Source: a virus. From it: DNA of 64,000 nt. The DNA lies in UHGV virus genome UHGV-0176771, one strand, 5' to 3'. Of this stretch, positions 36,493 to 45,981 are shown piece after piece. How positions within the stretch are numbered: the first letter of the stretch is position 1; each line of letters starts with the position of its first letter. The position numbers were made by a program, and so were the translations under genes. The notes beneath the pieces were generated by a model. The model was not told where the DNA came from and made no database searches. It worked only from the letters and a program-made list of their open reading frames with translations.

Positions 36493-37482
36493 TTAAATGG
36501 TTACTTTAAAAGTCATTCCAGCAGCAGCTGGCGTAGACATCCGGTAACTATATACTTTATATGATGTTTTTCCGTTTTCTCCACCTCTTGCATCAGCAAC
36601 GTCAACGAGTGTTTTTGTAAAGCTAGAAGCCATTCCGGTATCATTTGTTTCAACGTACATTACCTGATTAACGTCTCTTAAAGTTGCAGGGTATGCAAAA
36701 ATAATAAACTGCTGTCCTTGTGCAATATTAATGTTGAATGAAAGTCCATTGGAAGGATTTAACTGTTTGTTTGCCAAACCACGAACAGTTGCAGAATTTA
36801 ATTCTGGCAAATTTCCAACTCCAGTTCCATAAAACAGATTTCTTTTCCCGGTAATTGAATATCCACTAGATGCAACAGTTCCTGCCAGAATATGTCCATT
36901 TGGAGATGGATTGCCAAGGTTGTCGTTCTTGATAGCACCTTCTTTATAAGTAGCAGAAGCAGTAAATGTAACTGTCTCATCTCCAACAATGATTGCTTCT
37001 CCTGTATAATCAAGAGGAGATACTGTTCCCTCTTTCACACTTTGAGCACCCTTTTTAATAGAAATAGCTGTCAAATCACCTGCATCATTCTTATTAAATG
37101 TGGCTCTCAATTTTGGAGTAATGCTTGTTCCTGCTTCAACGTTGCCTGCCGCAGAACCAGCATTATTTGTAAGAGTTACTGTAGGCTTTGTATAAGTTGC
37201 AGGAATAGATTTCTGTGTAATCAGATTGAGCAATCCATCCATATCGATTTCTTTTGGAATGGTCTGCCCTGCTTTAAGAGCACCAAGGTCTGTTCCTTTC
37301 AGCGTGTACTCTTTAGATGATTTTGACTTCAGAAACTTTGTTTCTCCGTTTTTGTTAATAAAAGCAAGTTCATCAGTGTCGCTTGTGACAACGAAATCAT
37401 TTGCATCCAACTTTCCGGATGTTTTTGCTTCCTCAATCTTCCCTTTTTCACCTGTTGCAAATTTCACTTTTAAATCTGCCAT
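36493..37482 (-). CDS. Virion structural protein
   Basis: Position in the structural operon. Confidence 0.3.
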   Translation of the reverse strand: MADLKVKFATGEKGKIEEAKTSGKLDANDFVVTSDTDELAFINKNGETKFLKSKSSKEYTLKGTDLGALKAGQTIPKEIDMDGLLNLITQKSIPATYTKPTVTLTNNAGSAAGNVEAGTSITPKLRATFNKNDAGDLTAISIKKGAQSVKEGTVSPLDYTGEAIIVGDETVTFTASATYKEGAIKNDNLGNPSPNGHILAGTVASSGYSITGKRNLFYGTGVGNLPELNSATVRGLANKQLNPSNGLSFNINIAQGQQFIIFAYPATLRDVNQVMYVETNDTGMASSFTKTLVDVADARGGENGKTSYKVYSYRMSTPAAAGMTFKVTI

Positions 37483-37545
37483 GAGTTGTACCTCCTTAAT
37501 TTTTCATATATAAAAAGACGATAGGAATTTCCCATCGTCTTATTT

Positions 37546-38187
37546 CTAAAATTCTACAATTTCAAATGAACAACCTCCACCAGTTCCGCCACCAGAATCA
37601 TCTTTTGTAACAACAATTTTGTCTCCGATTGGAATTTTGTTTGATAAAAGTTGTATTTCATTACCATTTTCAATTTTGATATTATCTGCTTTTGTTTTGT
37701 CATAAGCATCGGCTACTTTATCCAATGCTTCAATTTTATTTTGTAAATTAGAAACAATCTGATCTACAAATTCTAGTGACTCATCTGGCACAAAAGCGTA
37801 ATAGTCTTTTAAAGGACTGATATTAATAATCAGTTCTCCAGTATGCACTACATACGTTTTTCTCACTTCCATATCATTCTTTTGCAATGTAATTCTAATT
37901 GCAATATCTCCTGCGTATTGAGTAAGATTGGTGTCTACAGGAAGTACATAACGAATATGTTCTTTATATAAGTCTTTATCCTTTGGTAGAATTTCTGCAT
38001 GTGGAACATTTGCTTGATCCACGTATTTTAATGTGGCAGTAAATTCACTCAAGTCCAATTCTCCATAATTCGGAGGAATTAAAATTTGAATTTTATCTGC
38101 TAATTTTTCTCTCTGATATAGTGTTGTGACGACAGTAGCAGTGAGAGATTTGTCGTCATTCATAATTATTGTGTAAATTGTTATCAC
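37546..38187 (-). CDS. Virion structural protein with Gly-rich C-terminus
   Basis: Position. Confidence 0.3.
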   Translation of the reverse strand: MITIYTIIMNDDKSLTATVVTTLYQREKLADKIQILIPPNYGELDLSEFTATLKYVDQANVPHAEILPKDKDLYKEHIRYVLPVDTNLTQYAGDIAIRITLQKNDMEVRKTYVVHTGELIINISPLKDYYAFVPDESLEFVDQIVSNLQNKIEALDKVADAYDKTKADNIKIENGNEIQLLSNKIPIGDKIVVTKDDSGGGTGGGCSFEIVEF

Positions 38188-38238
38188 CTCGATTCAAAAA
38201 AAGACAGCGAGAGCCGTCTGTCAAATGAGCTATATGTT

Positions 38239-40554
38239 TTAAGAAGTCCTATATGAAAATGTTACATATCGTTCTAAGAATCCTGTGTTATCCGTAACAA
38301 AACTAAATTTACCATTAGGGCTTAATTGAATTCTAGTACATCCTGCAGGATTACCATTTGACGCATTAAGAGTTGTGGCAAAAACACTGTCATAAGGTCT
38401 GAAATTAGACGGTACAGTTATTTCCGAAATAGTTCCAGACTGATTTCCTACACTTCCAATCCATTTTATGTCACAAACAACATGAGTTGCTATTTTAGAT
38501 AACTTAACATACATATCGTGTCCCCAAGGAGCACCATGTAAATCTTGTGTTTCTGCACGTATTACATTGTTAATCTGTTCTTTCAAAACTCGTCCTTGAT
38601 TTGCACTTAAAGGAACCGTCGATGAGCTGGAAGTTAAATTATCAACAATATCAGACCGGTCTATCTTTCCATTAAGTTTTGACAATATTTGTGAATTGTT
38701 TTTTTCAATCGTGTTAAGTTTTGTGCTCATAGACTCCAAAGATTCTGCAACAAATACCTCTTCGTCATCGCTATTTCTGTTTATCATGATGTCGCCGTCA
38801 ATCTGCAATTTTGCCCGATCTGTCTGATTGAAATCAGGAACACGATTTATAGCAACCGTACCATCTTCATATACAGACAATGGTGCAACACCTTGAGACA
38901 AAGACGGGTTGATTATTACTTCAGAAAACCTGTCTTTAAACTTAAATTGGAAATCATAAGATTCTCCCTTTTCTAATGTTAAAAAATTAGAATCTGCTAT
39001 TCTTTTCTTATAATCACTTCCATCAATTCCGCCATCTTGAATATTAGTTATGGCAGTCCATGATGAAGGCATACTTGTTCCAGTTCTACAATATCTATAA
39101 TAAGCAGTAAAAGATGTGTTATATCCACTTACCCTAGAGATATTACAAATAACATTTAAGCTGACTTCCTTTTCAAAATTCCCTTGCCTTTTCAACTCAA
39201 ATGTAGTAGCAAGCGGAACATGATAATCAATTACTTCAAAAGCATTTTGTTTCGTTACAGGTGAAGAAGATATTCCACGAGCATCTACCGCATAAATAGA
39301 TATAGAATATCTTCCATATTCAGTAATCGCACCAAGATCAATCAATACCTCGGATTGGGATTCTTGTGCTTCATATGTTCTGCTAAAACTATTATTATTG
39401 CCACCGGAAATAGTGCATACGTATTTACTAATTGTAGAAACAGAAGAGTATGCTTTATTTGATATAGATATTTGAACTTGCATACCTTCTACATTAGCTA
39501 GTGTTTTATTCCGTCCAAGAATACCTGAAATTGTACTGTTTTTATTACTGTATGAATAATTGGAAAATGTAGGGGCTGTTCCGGACAAATTTAATTTCAT
39601 TGTGGCTGAGTAGTCCTGATAAGGAGTTTCTGCACCATTAATATATAGACTTTGGGAAATAATAATTGTTACCCAATCCCTTGATCCGGCAAGTTGATAA
39701 ATTTTATTTTTCTGAGTAGACGTGAGAGTTATGCTCGTTGAACTGCTTTGTATGTTTGATTTTTGAGTAATGAGATTATTACTGTTTTTAGAATTGGCAT
39801 AAATATAAACACTAGATGCTGGAGTAGCTCCAGTAAAATATAAATTTATCGGAGAGTCTATATTAAGATTAAAATTACCTGTAATAGAAGGATATCCGAC
39901 AGTATGGTCTATATAACCACTGTTTGTCCATAAGTTTGTTCCAGTTTTTTTGACACGAATTTGAAATCTATAATTCCTGTTTGGTGTGACTGTATATGTG
40001 ATTGATCCAGATTTTCCAGAAACAGAGAATTCTTTAAGCTTTGTGTCTCCGTCGTATAAGTGTAGTGCGTCAATATTATCAGATGTAGACCAATTAAACC
40101 CAACAGTCGTTCCAGATGTACTTCCGTTCTTTTCAAATTGAGTGATTTGTACATTTCTATCAATATGCTTTCCAAAATATGCATTACGAATTTTACCAGT
40201 TCCACCTAATTCAGCAGCTGTTGGAGACACCGATGTTCCAAAGTACATATCGCCAAACATTGTAAAACTAAGATCGCCATTTACATCATGAGGAATATCT
40301 GTGAATGTTTTTCGCCCAATTTCAACCCATACATTTTGACCAACGTTAAGGTCAAAAGTCCAAGTAACATTTCCTGTATTATATCCGGTTCCCTCTATCG
40401 CAATTCTATACCATGCGCTCCCTTCGCGGTTATATCCCCAATAAGGATAATCGGTTCTTCTAAAATACAGAGCGATTGTTATGTTGGATGTATTTTTAGC
40501 CGCATTTACAGTTTCGTTAATAACATCAATTCTTTTTTCATATCTTCCTGCCAA
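38239..40554 (-). CDS. Large structural / host-recognition protein
   Basis: Position and size. Confidence 0.35.
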   Translation of the reverse strand: MAGRYEKRIDVINETVNAAKNTSNITIALYFRRTDYPYWGYNREGSAWYRIAIEGTGYNTGNVTWTFDLNVGQNVWVEIGRKTFTDIPHDVNGDLSFTMFGDMYFGTSVSPTAAELGGTGKIRNAYFGKHIDRNVQITQFEKNGSTSGTTVGFNWSTSDNIDALHLYDGDTKLKEFSVSGKSGSITYTVTPNRNYRFQIRVKKTGTNLWTNSGYIDHTVGYPSITGNFNLNIDSPINLYFTGATPASSVYIYANSKNSNNLITQKSNIQSSSTSITLTSTQKNKIYQLAGSRDWVTIIISQSLYINGAETPYQDYSATMKLNLSGTAPTFSNYSYSNKNSTISGILGRNKTLANVEGMQVQISISNKAYSSVSTISKYVCTISGGNNNSFSRTYEAQESQSEVLIDLGAITEYGRYSISIYAVDARGISSSPVTKQNAFEVIDYHVPLATTFELKRQGNFEKEVSLNVICNISRVSGYNTSFTAYYRYCRTGTSMPSSWTAITNIQDGGIDGSDYKKRIADSNFLTLEKGESYDFQFKFKDRFSEVIINPSLSQGVAPLSVYEDGTVAINRVPDFNQTDRAKLQIDGDIMINRNSDDEEVFVAESLESMSTKLNTIEKNNSQILSKLNGKIDRSDIVDNLTSSSSTVPLSANQGRVLKEQINNVIRAETQDLHGAPWGHDMYVKLSKIATHVVCDIKWIGSVGNQSGTISEITVPSNFRPYDSVFATTLNASNGNPAGCTRIQLSPNGKFSFVTDNTGFLERYVTFSYRTS

Positions 40555-40620
40555 ACTTTATCGCCCTCCAATCTATATAAAAAGGTGTCATTCTGTACAT
40601 GACACCTTAAACCTTTTTTA

Positions 40621-42345
40621 TTAACTAGAACCACCTGTTTTTACAAATGCGATTCCATTTCGTGTAATACTATTACTATCTTGTACTGTCAAAGGAATCA
40701 TTTTTAGTGTAGGTAACTCAACACCTCTGTCTGCATAAACACGTGATGTTTTTGTTGCATCTTCCTGCATCCAGAAAACTTTATTCCCGTTAAACCATCC
40801 TTCAAAACCTTGCGTGTTCATTTTAGTACTTCGCGAAGTTCCTGGATTCAGTACTTCAATTCCATCTCCGTTGATATTAACGTTTAACTGTTTTACAGAT
40901 GTCCCATCTTTAAACATTCCATACTTTTTAAAAACACCTTGCCACCCAGAAGCAGATTGCTGAATTGCAGATGATATTTTCTGATTTGTTTCTTCGTCAA
41001 TTCCTTCAATAATACCTGTAATCTTGCCGAGTTCAACATTGAACGATGTGTTCAGCGAATCAATTGCATTATTTAATGCTGATTTTGCATTTTCTAAATC
41101 CTGTGATATCCTCTGTATATTGACGTTAAAACCATTTGCACTTTCATTGATTTCTGTTTTTAGATTTTCCTCAACATTTTGAATCGTGGTGGTGATCCCG
41201 TCTATCTTTTGTTGAACGGAAGAGAAAGTGTCGTTAATAGAAGTATCATTAATATAATGTGTCTTCCCATTTGGTGTTTCCTTATATCCACCACTTTGTT
41301 GATACCTAGAGTCATATAATGTGAACCACACTTTACCATCGGATGATACCTGCAATCTGTGATTAAATATCTTTGATACACTGGATGGATCACTGGTCAA
41401 TGGATACTCATGCCATACCGTAATATAGTCAACATCATTTCTAACTTGTCCAAGATCTAATTGTAAGCATTTCCATCCAGATGTTGATTCAATATATTTT
41501 GATGTATCTCCATCTGTGTATCTTTCAAGATAAGACACAGATACATTATTCTCTTCTTCGTTCTTACAAACAGGAATAATACCAGAAGCAATATTTTCAT
41601 TGTTTGACATAACATTGATTTCAGCCCATCTATTTTGCGTGTCTAAATTACTTCCATTCAACCAGTCTCTAATATATCGGATAGCAGTTGCATGATTCTT
41701 TCCTACTGTATGAACAATCTCATCAGATTGCAATTTAATTTGAGCTGAAAGTTCTTTTTTTGCATCATTGACTTGTTGTGTAATTTGTTCTGGAATTTGT
41801 GTGATTTGAGATGAATGAAGAGTTGTTGTTCCTTCTACACTTTCTACTCTACTTGTGATATTATCTGCACGAATTGATAATTCAGCTAATTGACCTTGCA
41901 AATTTCCAACAGTGAGATCAATTCTTTCTGCTGTTTGTTTTATTTCTGATTTAAGACCTATGATATCTTCGATATTATCTTCTGGGGCAGGAGTCCACGA
42001 TGTATCCACGCTTCCTCGCGCCAGATATGCCTCGTAATAATATGTTGTACTATTTACTGGAGGTGTAATGTCTATATTTTTATTGGATAAATCTGTTACT
42101 TTTTTTACCTTTACGACCTTTGTCCATTGAGAACTAGATTCAGATGTTACAGTTTCCCCAAGTATGTCAAACGATATTGTACATGGCGTATCGGTTCTAT
42201 GCCATATAACAAACACGTAAGTATCTGGTTCCGTAATCAGATTTGGAAGACGATAACTGTCTTCCGCAGAATCTATTGTTAGTTTTAAAACGTCGTCTTC
42301 GATTCCATAAGGATTAGCTCTTTTTATTGTTTCAAAAGATGACAA
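40621..42345 (-). CDS. Tail fibre / host-specificity protein with coiled-coil region
   Basis: Position, coiled-coil heptads. Confidence 0.35.
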   Translation of the reverse strand: MSSFETIKRANPYGIEDDVLKLTIDSAEDSYRLPNLITEPDTYVFVIWHRTDTPCTISFDILGETVTSESSSQWTKVVKVKKVTDLSNKNIDITPPVNSTTYYYEAYLARGSVDTSWTPAPEDNIEDIIGLKSEIKQTAERIDLTVGNLQGQLAELSIRADNITSRVESVEGTTTLHSSQITQIPEQITQQVNDAKKELSAQIKLQSDEIVHTVGKNHATAIRYIRDWLNGSNLDTQNRWAEINVMSNNENIASGIIPVCKNEEENNVSVSYLERYTDGDTSKYIESTSGWKCLQLDLGQVRNDVDYITVWHEYPLTSDPSSVSKIFNHRLQVSSDGKVWFTLYDSRYQQSGGYKETPNGKTHYINDTSINDTFSSVQQKIDGITTTIQNVEENLKTEINESANGFNVNIQRISQDLENAKSALNNAIDSLNTSFNVELGKITGIIEGIDEETNQKISSAIQQSASGWQGVFKKYGMFKDGTSVKQLNVNINGDGIEVLNPGTSRSTKMNTQGFEGWFNGNKVFWMQEDATKTSRVYADRGVELPTLKMIPLTVQDSNSITRNGIAFVKTGGSS

Positions 42346-42358
42346 TACATCACATCCT

Positions 42359-42856
42359 TTATAATATTCTATTTGTTCCTATGTATATTGCTGCAACTTT
42401 ATCTCTTCCTATATAAATAGAGGAAACAGTAGACGATCCAATATACATATTGCTATCGTTCGAAATTTTTGGTTTTATAATAACCGTATTTTTTTTAGCT
42501 GTACTAACAGACAATCTTGCAACAAGACTATCATTCAAATAACCATCTGAAAGAACAGTTGTGCCAACTAGGATGTCCGGAATTCTTTTAGTAAATTTAT
42601 CATCACTTTTTCTATATAAAAATACTCCAAGGTTAATTCCTGTTGTTACGGTTGCGCCATTTAATTCTTCGGCAGTAAATTTTCTGCTGTGAGAATAAGC
42701 AGAATTAGTTCCAAACGTCCCATCATTCAAAATTCCATATAGTTCCCAATTTAAATCAATGTTTTGTTCAGCTTTAATTTCAGTATCGGAATCTTCATCA
42801 TTCGCTAAAAATGATTTTTTGCTTTTTACGTAATCATCCATTAGATCACCCCACAA
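42359..42856 (-). CDS. Small structural protein
   Basis: Position. Confidence 0.3.
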   Translation of the reverse strand: MWGDLMDDYVKSKKSFLANDEDSDTEIKAEQNIDLNWELYGILNDGTFGTNSAYSHSRKFTAEELNGATVTTGINLGVFLYRKSDDKFTKRIPDILVGTTVLSDGYLNDSLVARLSVSTAKKNTVIIKPKISNDSNMYIGSSTVSSIYIGRDKVAAIYIGTNRIL

Positions 42857-43475
42857 TTAGATAAACAGTATTAGGATCTTTACTACCAAGAGAATCATAA
42901 TTTCCCTGCGTTATTTTCTGGAATTTAAATGGAACATCTGTTTTTGTCGCTACAGAAGATTTTGTTGCATATTTTCCGTCTGAAGCACTAGCATGGGACT
43001 GTATTGCTTGATTAATAGCGGAATTCATTTGAGATGTTGTTACATCTCCAGAACCAGTTCCACTAGCCCCTCTTGGAATTTTAAAATTTAATACAACATT
43101 TGGAAAAGTCCCAGTGTTTGTTACTGATGCTGGCGTTCCTGGCTCCACAGTTGTAACACTTCCAATTGTTACATTTGGAGTTATTCCATTTTTCCCTGGA
43201 GAACCTGGTTCGCCTTTTATGTCTATTAACGGGAACAAACTTTTCCATGCACTCCAACTTGAGTTACTTAACTTTGTACGATATTCAAGATTCGAAGCAT
43301 TTTTTCTAAGTTCTACACCTATTACAACCCCAGATGTTCCCCCACCTTGTATATTTAAATCCGAGATTAATACTTGGCGCACAGATTTAGTTACTCCATT
43401 TTTTATCAAAATTAAACTATCAGAACCTGATGCGGAAGATATAATCTCGACATCTGTCAGTTTTTTATCAGCCAT
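42846..43475 (-). CDS. Collagen-like-motif tail fibre protein (GEPGSPGKNG)
   Basis: Short GXY run. Position. Confidence 0.35.
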   Translation of the reverse strand: MADKKLTDVEIISSASGSDSLILIKNGVTKSVRQVLISDLNIQGGGTSGVVIGVELRKNASNLEYRTKLSNSSWSAWKSLFPLIDIKGEPGSPGKNGITPNVTIGSVTTVEPGTPASVTNTGTFPNVVLNFKIPRGASGTGSGDVTTSQMNSAINQAIQSHASASDGKYATKSSVATKTDVPFKFQKITQGNYDSLGSKDPNTVYLIVG

Positions 43476-43489
43476 TTATTCTTCCTCCA

Positions 43490-45922
43490 TTAATATATAA
43501 ATCTATTTCCATTTTCGTCAGTTAAAATATTTCCATTTTCATCCGTCGAATAAACAATGTTAGAAGTATGTACAAACCCATAAGATTCAAACATCATTGT
43601 CTTTGAATTCCTTATCAAATTTCGACATCCAATGTCTACAGTAGCATCTGGAATGACAGAAATTGTACATCTGTCTAACTCCTCCTCCTTATTTAAGTCT
43701 TTATAAAGAATACACTGTATTTTAGTTAGATCTCTTTCTCTTGGCGTATATACAACTTCAGATTGTTTGACTTCAGAAAAATATTTTTGAGTAAAAGTAT
43801 TCCCATTTACAGATTCTGATATTTGAAATGCCCCGTTAAATTTTTTCTGCGCAGCAGTGCCTTCTCTTGAAAATGCTGAAAATGTAATTTGCTTTGGGTC
43901 GAAAGTATTTTCGGTTAATTTTTTTATTATAATATCTGAAGATTGCAGTGTATAAACAACCGTATTTTGAATATCGACTTCTTTTCTTTTAGATAAAACA
44001 AAACGTTTGGTGTCTGTTTTTACCTGTTCTTGTCCACTAATAGAAATAGTATATTTACCAGTAATATCAACATACCCGGTGTCAGATGTCATGTTTGTAA
44101 CAGTATAAGTATGAGTCGCGTTATTCCATGATCCTGTAACTCCATCAGAAACAGATTGAGTAAACACACAATTAGATGTTACATTCTCAGAACCAAAGAC
44201 TGCTGACACAGTTGTTTCACAACCAGAGTAATTTCCGTTATTCCCTTGTGAATCTGCAGGAATTGTATGGTCGTCATTTGTAAGAGAAATGGCAAAAGTA
44301 GCATTTTTCTTTAATTCTTCACTAAGTTCTGACTTCTTTAAATATGTTTTCTCTACTGTTGATTGAAATTTATTCGCTGACTGTTCTAAGCTACTTACAT
44401 TTTCCTCCAGAGCTTGTACTTTCGATCCGTCTGCTTTCGTAGCAAGTGTACTTTGCACGTTGCTTACTTCTGTTTGTATTCCGCCTAATGATGCTTCAAA
44501 TTTTGTCTGTTGCGTTTGTAAACCTTGAATCGTCTTCCCAGTCTCATCTACATATTTAGAAAAGGTATCTTCTGACAATTTAGCACTGATCTGTTTTTCA
44601 AGCCTGTCTACTTCAACACCTATTTGCGTTACAATTGTACTTTCCAATAAGGGAAGTCCATTGCTTACATCTTCTGGTGCAGTTTTCCAATCAGTTACAA
44701 CAGTTCCTCGCTCAATCTGTAAATTCTTAAACATGTAATATGTTTCAGGATTTGAATCCATATCAGAAAGATATAACACCTGTTTATCTAATACAGGAAG
44801 TTCTGCTTTGGTATGAACATGGAATACGCACTGAGTCCACGTATCTTTTACAACTTCGTTTTTAACATTTTCGTATGTTTCCGCCAAATCATTTGACCCA
44901 TCTTTATTTTTTAGGAATGCAGAAATAGTAGTAGAAACATTCGATTTAACATCAAACGAAATCATATAATCTTCATCAGATTTATATTTCTTCGGCATAA
45001 CCTTCTCATATGTTATGTAAGAAAATCCTGTATTTTGTTTCGTCCCTCGAATCAGCTTTGCACAGTTTACATTATCAGATGTGACAGATTCTGTGGTGTA
45101 ATCTCCAGTTTCAAGTTGCCATTTCCAGTTTCTGTCTCCACGGTTTGTCTCTTCCGCAAGATTGACTCCACCAGTAGAAATACTTCCGTCACTTAAAACA
45201 GTAACTGTCTGAAAATCTAACTTTTCTGTGATACCACCACTTGCACATAAGGTTGCTCTAATTGAGGTGTCGTCTTTTTGTAAGTTATATACAGTCTCTT
45301 TCTCGTCTTTTCCAGAGGTATAAACCGTATCAAATGAAGTTCCATTTACGCTTCTTTCTATAATAAAGCGTCCAGAATAAGGATTAGTAGATGCTGAATT
45401 TCCATCTTTATAAATAGCAGAAAATGTAACAGAAGCTGGAGAAAATTTATTACCAGTAAATTTCTTAACAACTAAGGTAGAAGATTGGATAGAATAAATT
45501 CGTGCTGCAGAACCAGCCGCTCCATCTTTTGTCTTTGTCCACGAAAATTGTTTTGTTATCTGATTCCCTTTTATTGTAAATGTTAAAGGGATTGCACCAG
45601 TTAGCACATCAGATCCGCCAAGATCTGCGCCTTTTGAGATATTTAATGTTACTAATCCGTCTTTATCAGGAGTAGCATTTTCTGCTGTATGACTCATTCC
45701 AGGTGGCAATAATCCAACGGACACATCACATGCTACTTTTTGAAAACCTTCATATCCGGCAAATGGAATTTCTAACAAAAGTTGTTTACTGACAAGACCA
45801 CTATTTGTACAAGGAATAGATTGAGCTTCATTTGCAATAACAACATTTAACGCAGGAGTTCCCGGTAAACCTTGTTCACCATCATTCACTACAGATAATG
45901 TGATTTGTCCATATGCTTTCAT
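43490..45922 (-). CDS. Ig-like-repeat structural protein (paralogous to 45982..48468)
   Basis: Shared repeat segments, for example FSWTKTKDGAAGSAARIYSIQSSTLVVKK here against RFSLIKQRAGVDGSDAVIYSLETSTLSM in the 45982..48468 protein. Confidence 0.4.
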   Translation of the reverse strand: MKAYGQITLSVVNDGEQGLPGTPALNVVIANEAQSIPCTNSGLVSKQLLLEIPFAGYEGFQKVACDVSVGLLPPGMSHTAENATPDKDGLVTLNISKGADLGGSDVLTGAIPLTFTIKGNQITKQFSWTKTKDGAAGSAARIYSIQSSTLVVKKFTGNKFSPASVTFSAIYKDGNSASTNPYSGRFIIERSVNGTSFDTVYTSGKDEKETVYNLQKDDTSIRATLCASGGITEKLDFQTVTVLSDGSISTGGVNLAEETNRGDRNWKWQLETGDYTTESVTSDNVNCAKLIRGTKQNTGFSYITYEKVMPKKYKSDEDYMISFDVKSNVSTTISAFLKNKDGSNDLAETYENVKNEVVKDTWTQCVFHVHTKAELPVLDKQVLYLSDMDSNPETYYMFKNLQIERGTVVTDWKTAPEDVSNGLPLLESTIVTQIGVEVDRLEKQISAKLSEDTFSKYVDETGKTIQGLQTQQTKFEASLGGIQTEVSNVQSTLATKADGSKVQALEENVSSLEQSANKFQSTVEKTYLKKSELSEELKKNATFAISLTNDDHTIPADSQGNNGNYSGCETTVSAVFGSENVTSNCVFTQSVSDGVTGSWNNATHTYTVTNMTSDTGYVDITGKYTISISGQEQVKTDTKRFVLSKRKEVDIQNTVVYTLQSSDIIIKKLTENTFDPKQITFSAFSREGTAAQKKFNGAFQISESVNGNTFTQKYFSEVKQSEVVYTPRERDLTKIQCILYKDLNKEEELDRCTISVIPDATVDIGCRNLIRNSKTMMFESYGFVHTSNIVYSTDENGNILTDENGNRFIY

Positions 45923-45981
45923 ATTTCACCATCCTTATATAGAAATAGAAGAGCAGCATAACACCGCTCTTCTTATACTAT

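Noticed and set aside
42846-43475. Collagen triple-helix protein
   Set aside because: Only about three consecutive GXY triplets (GEPGSPGKNG), too short for a genuine collagen-like stalk. Kept as a motif-bearing fibre protein only.
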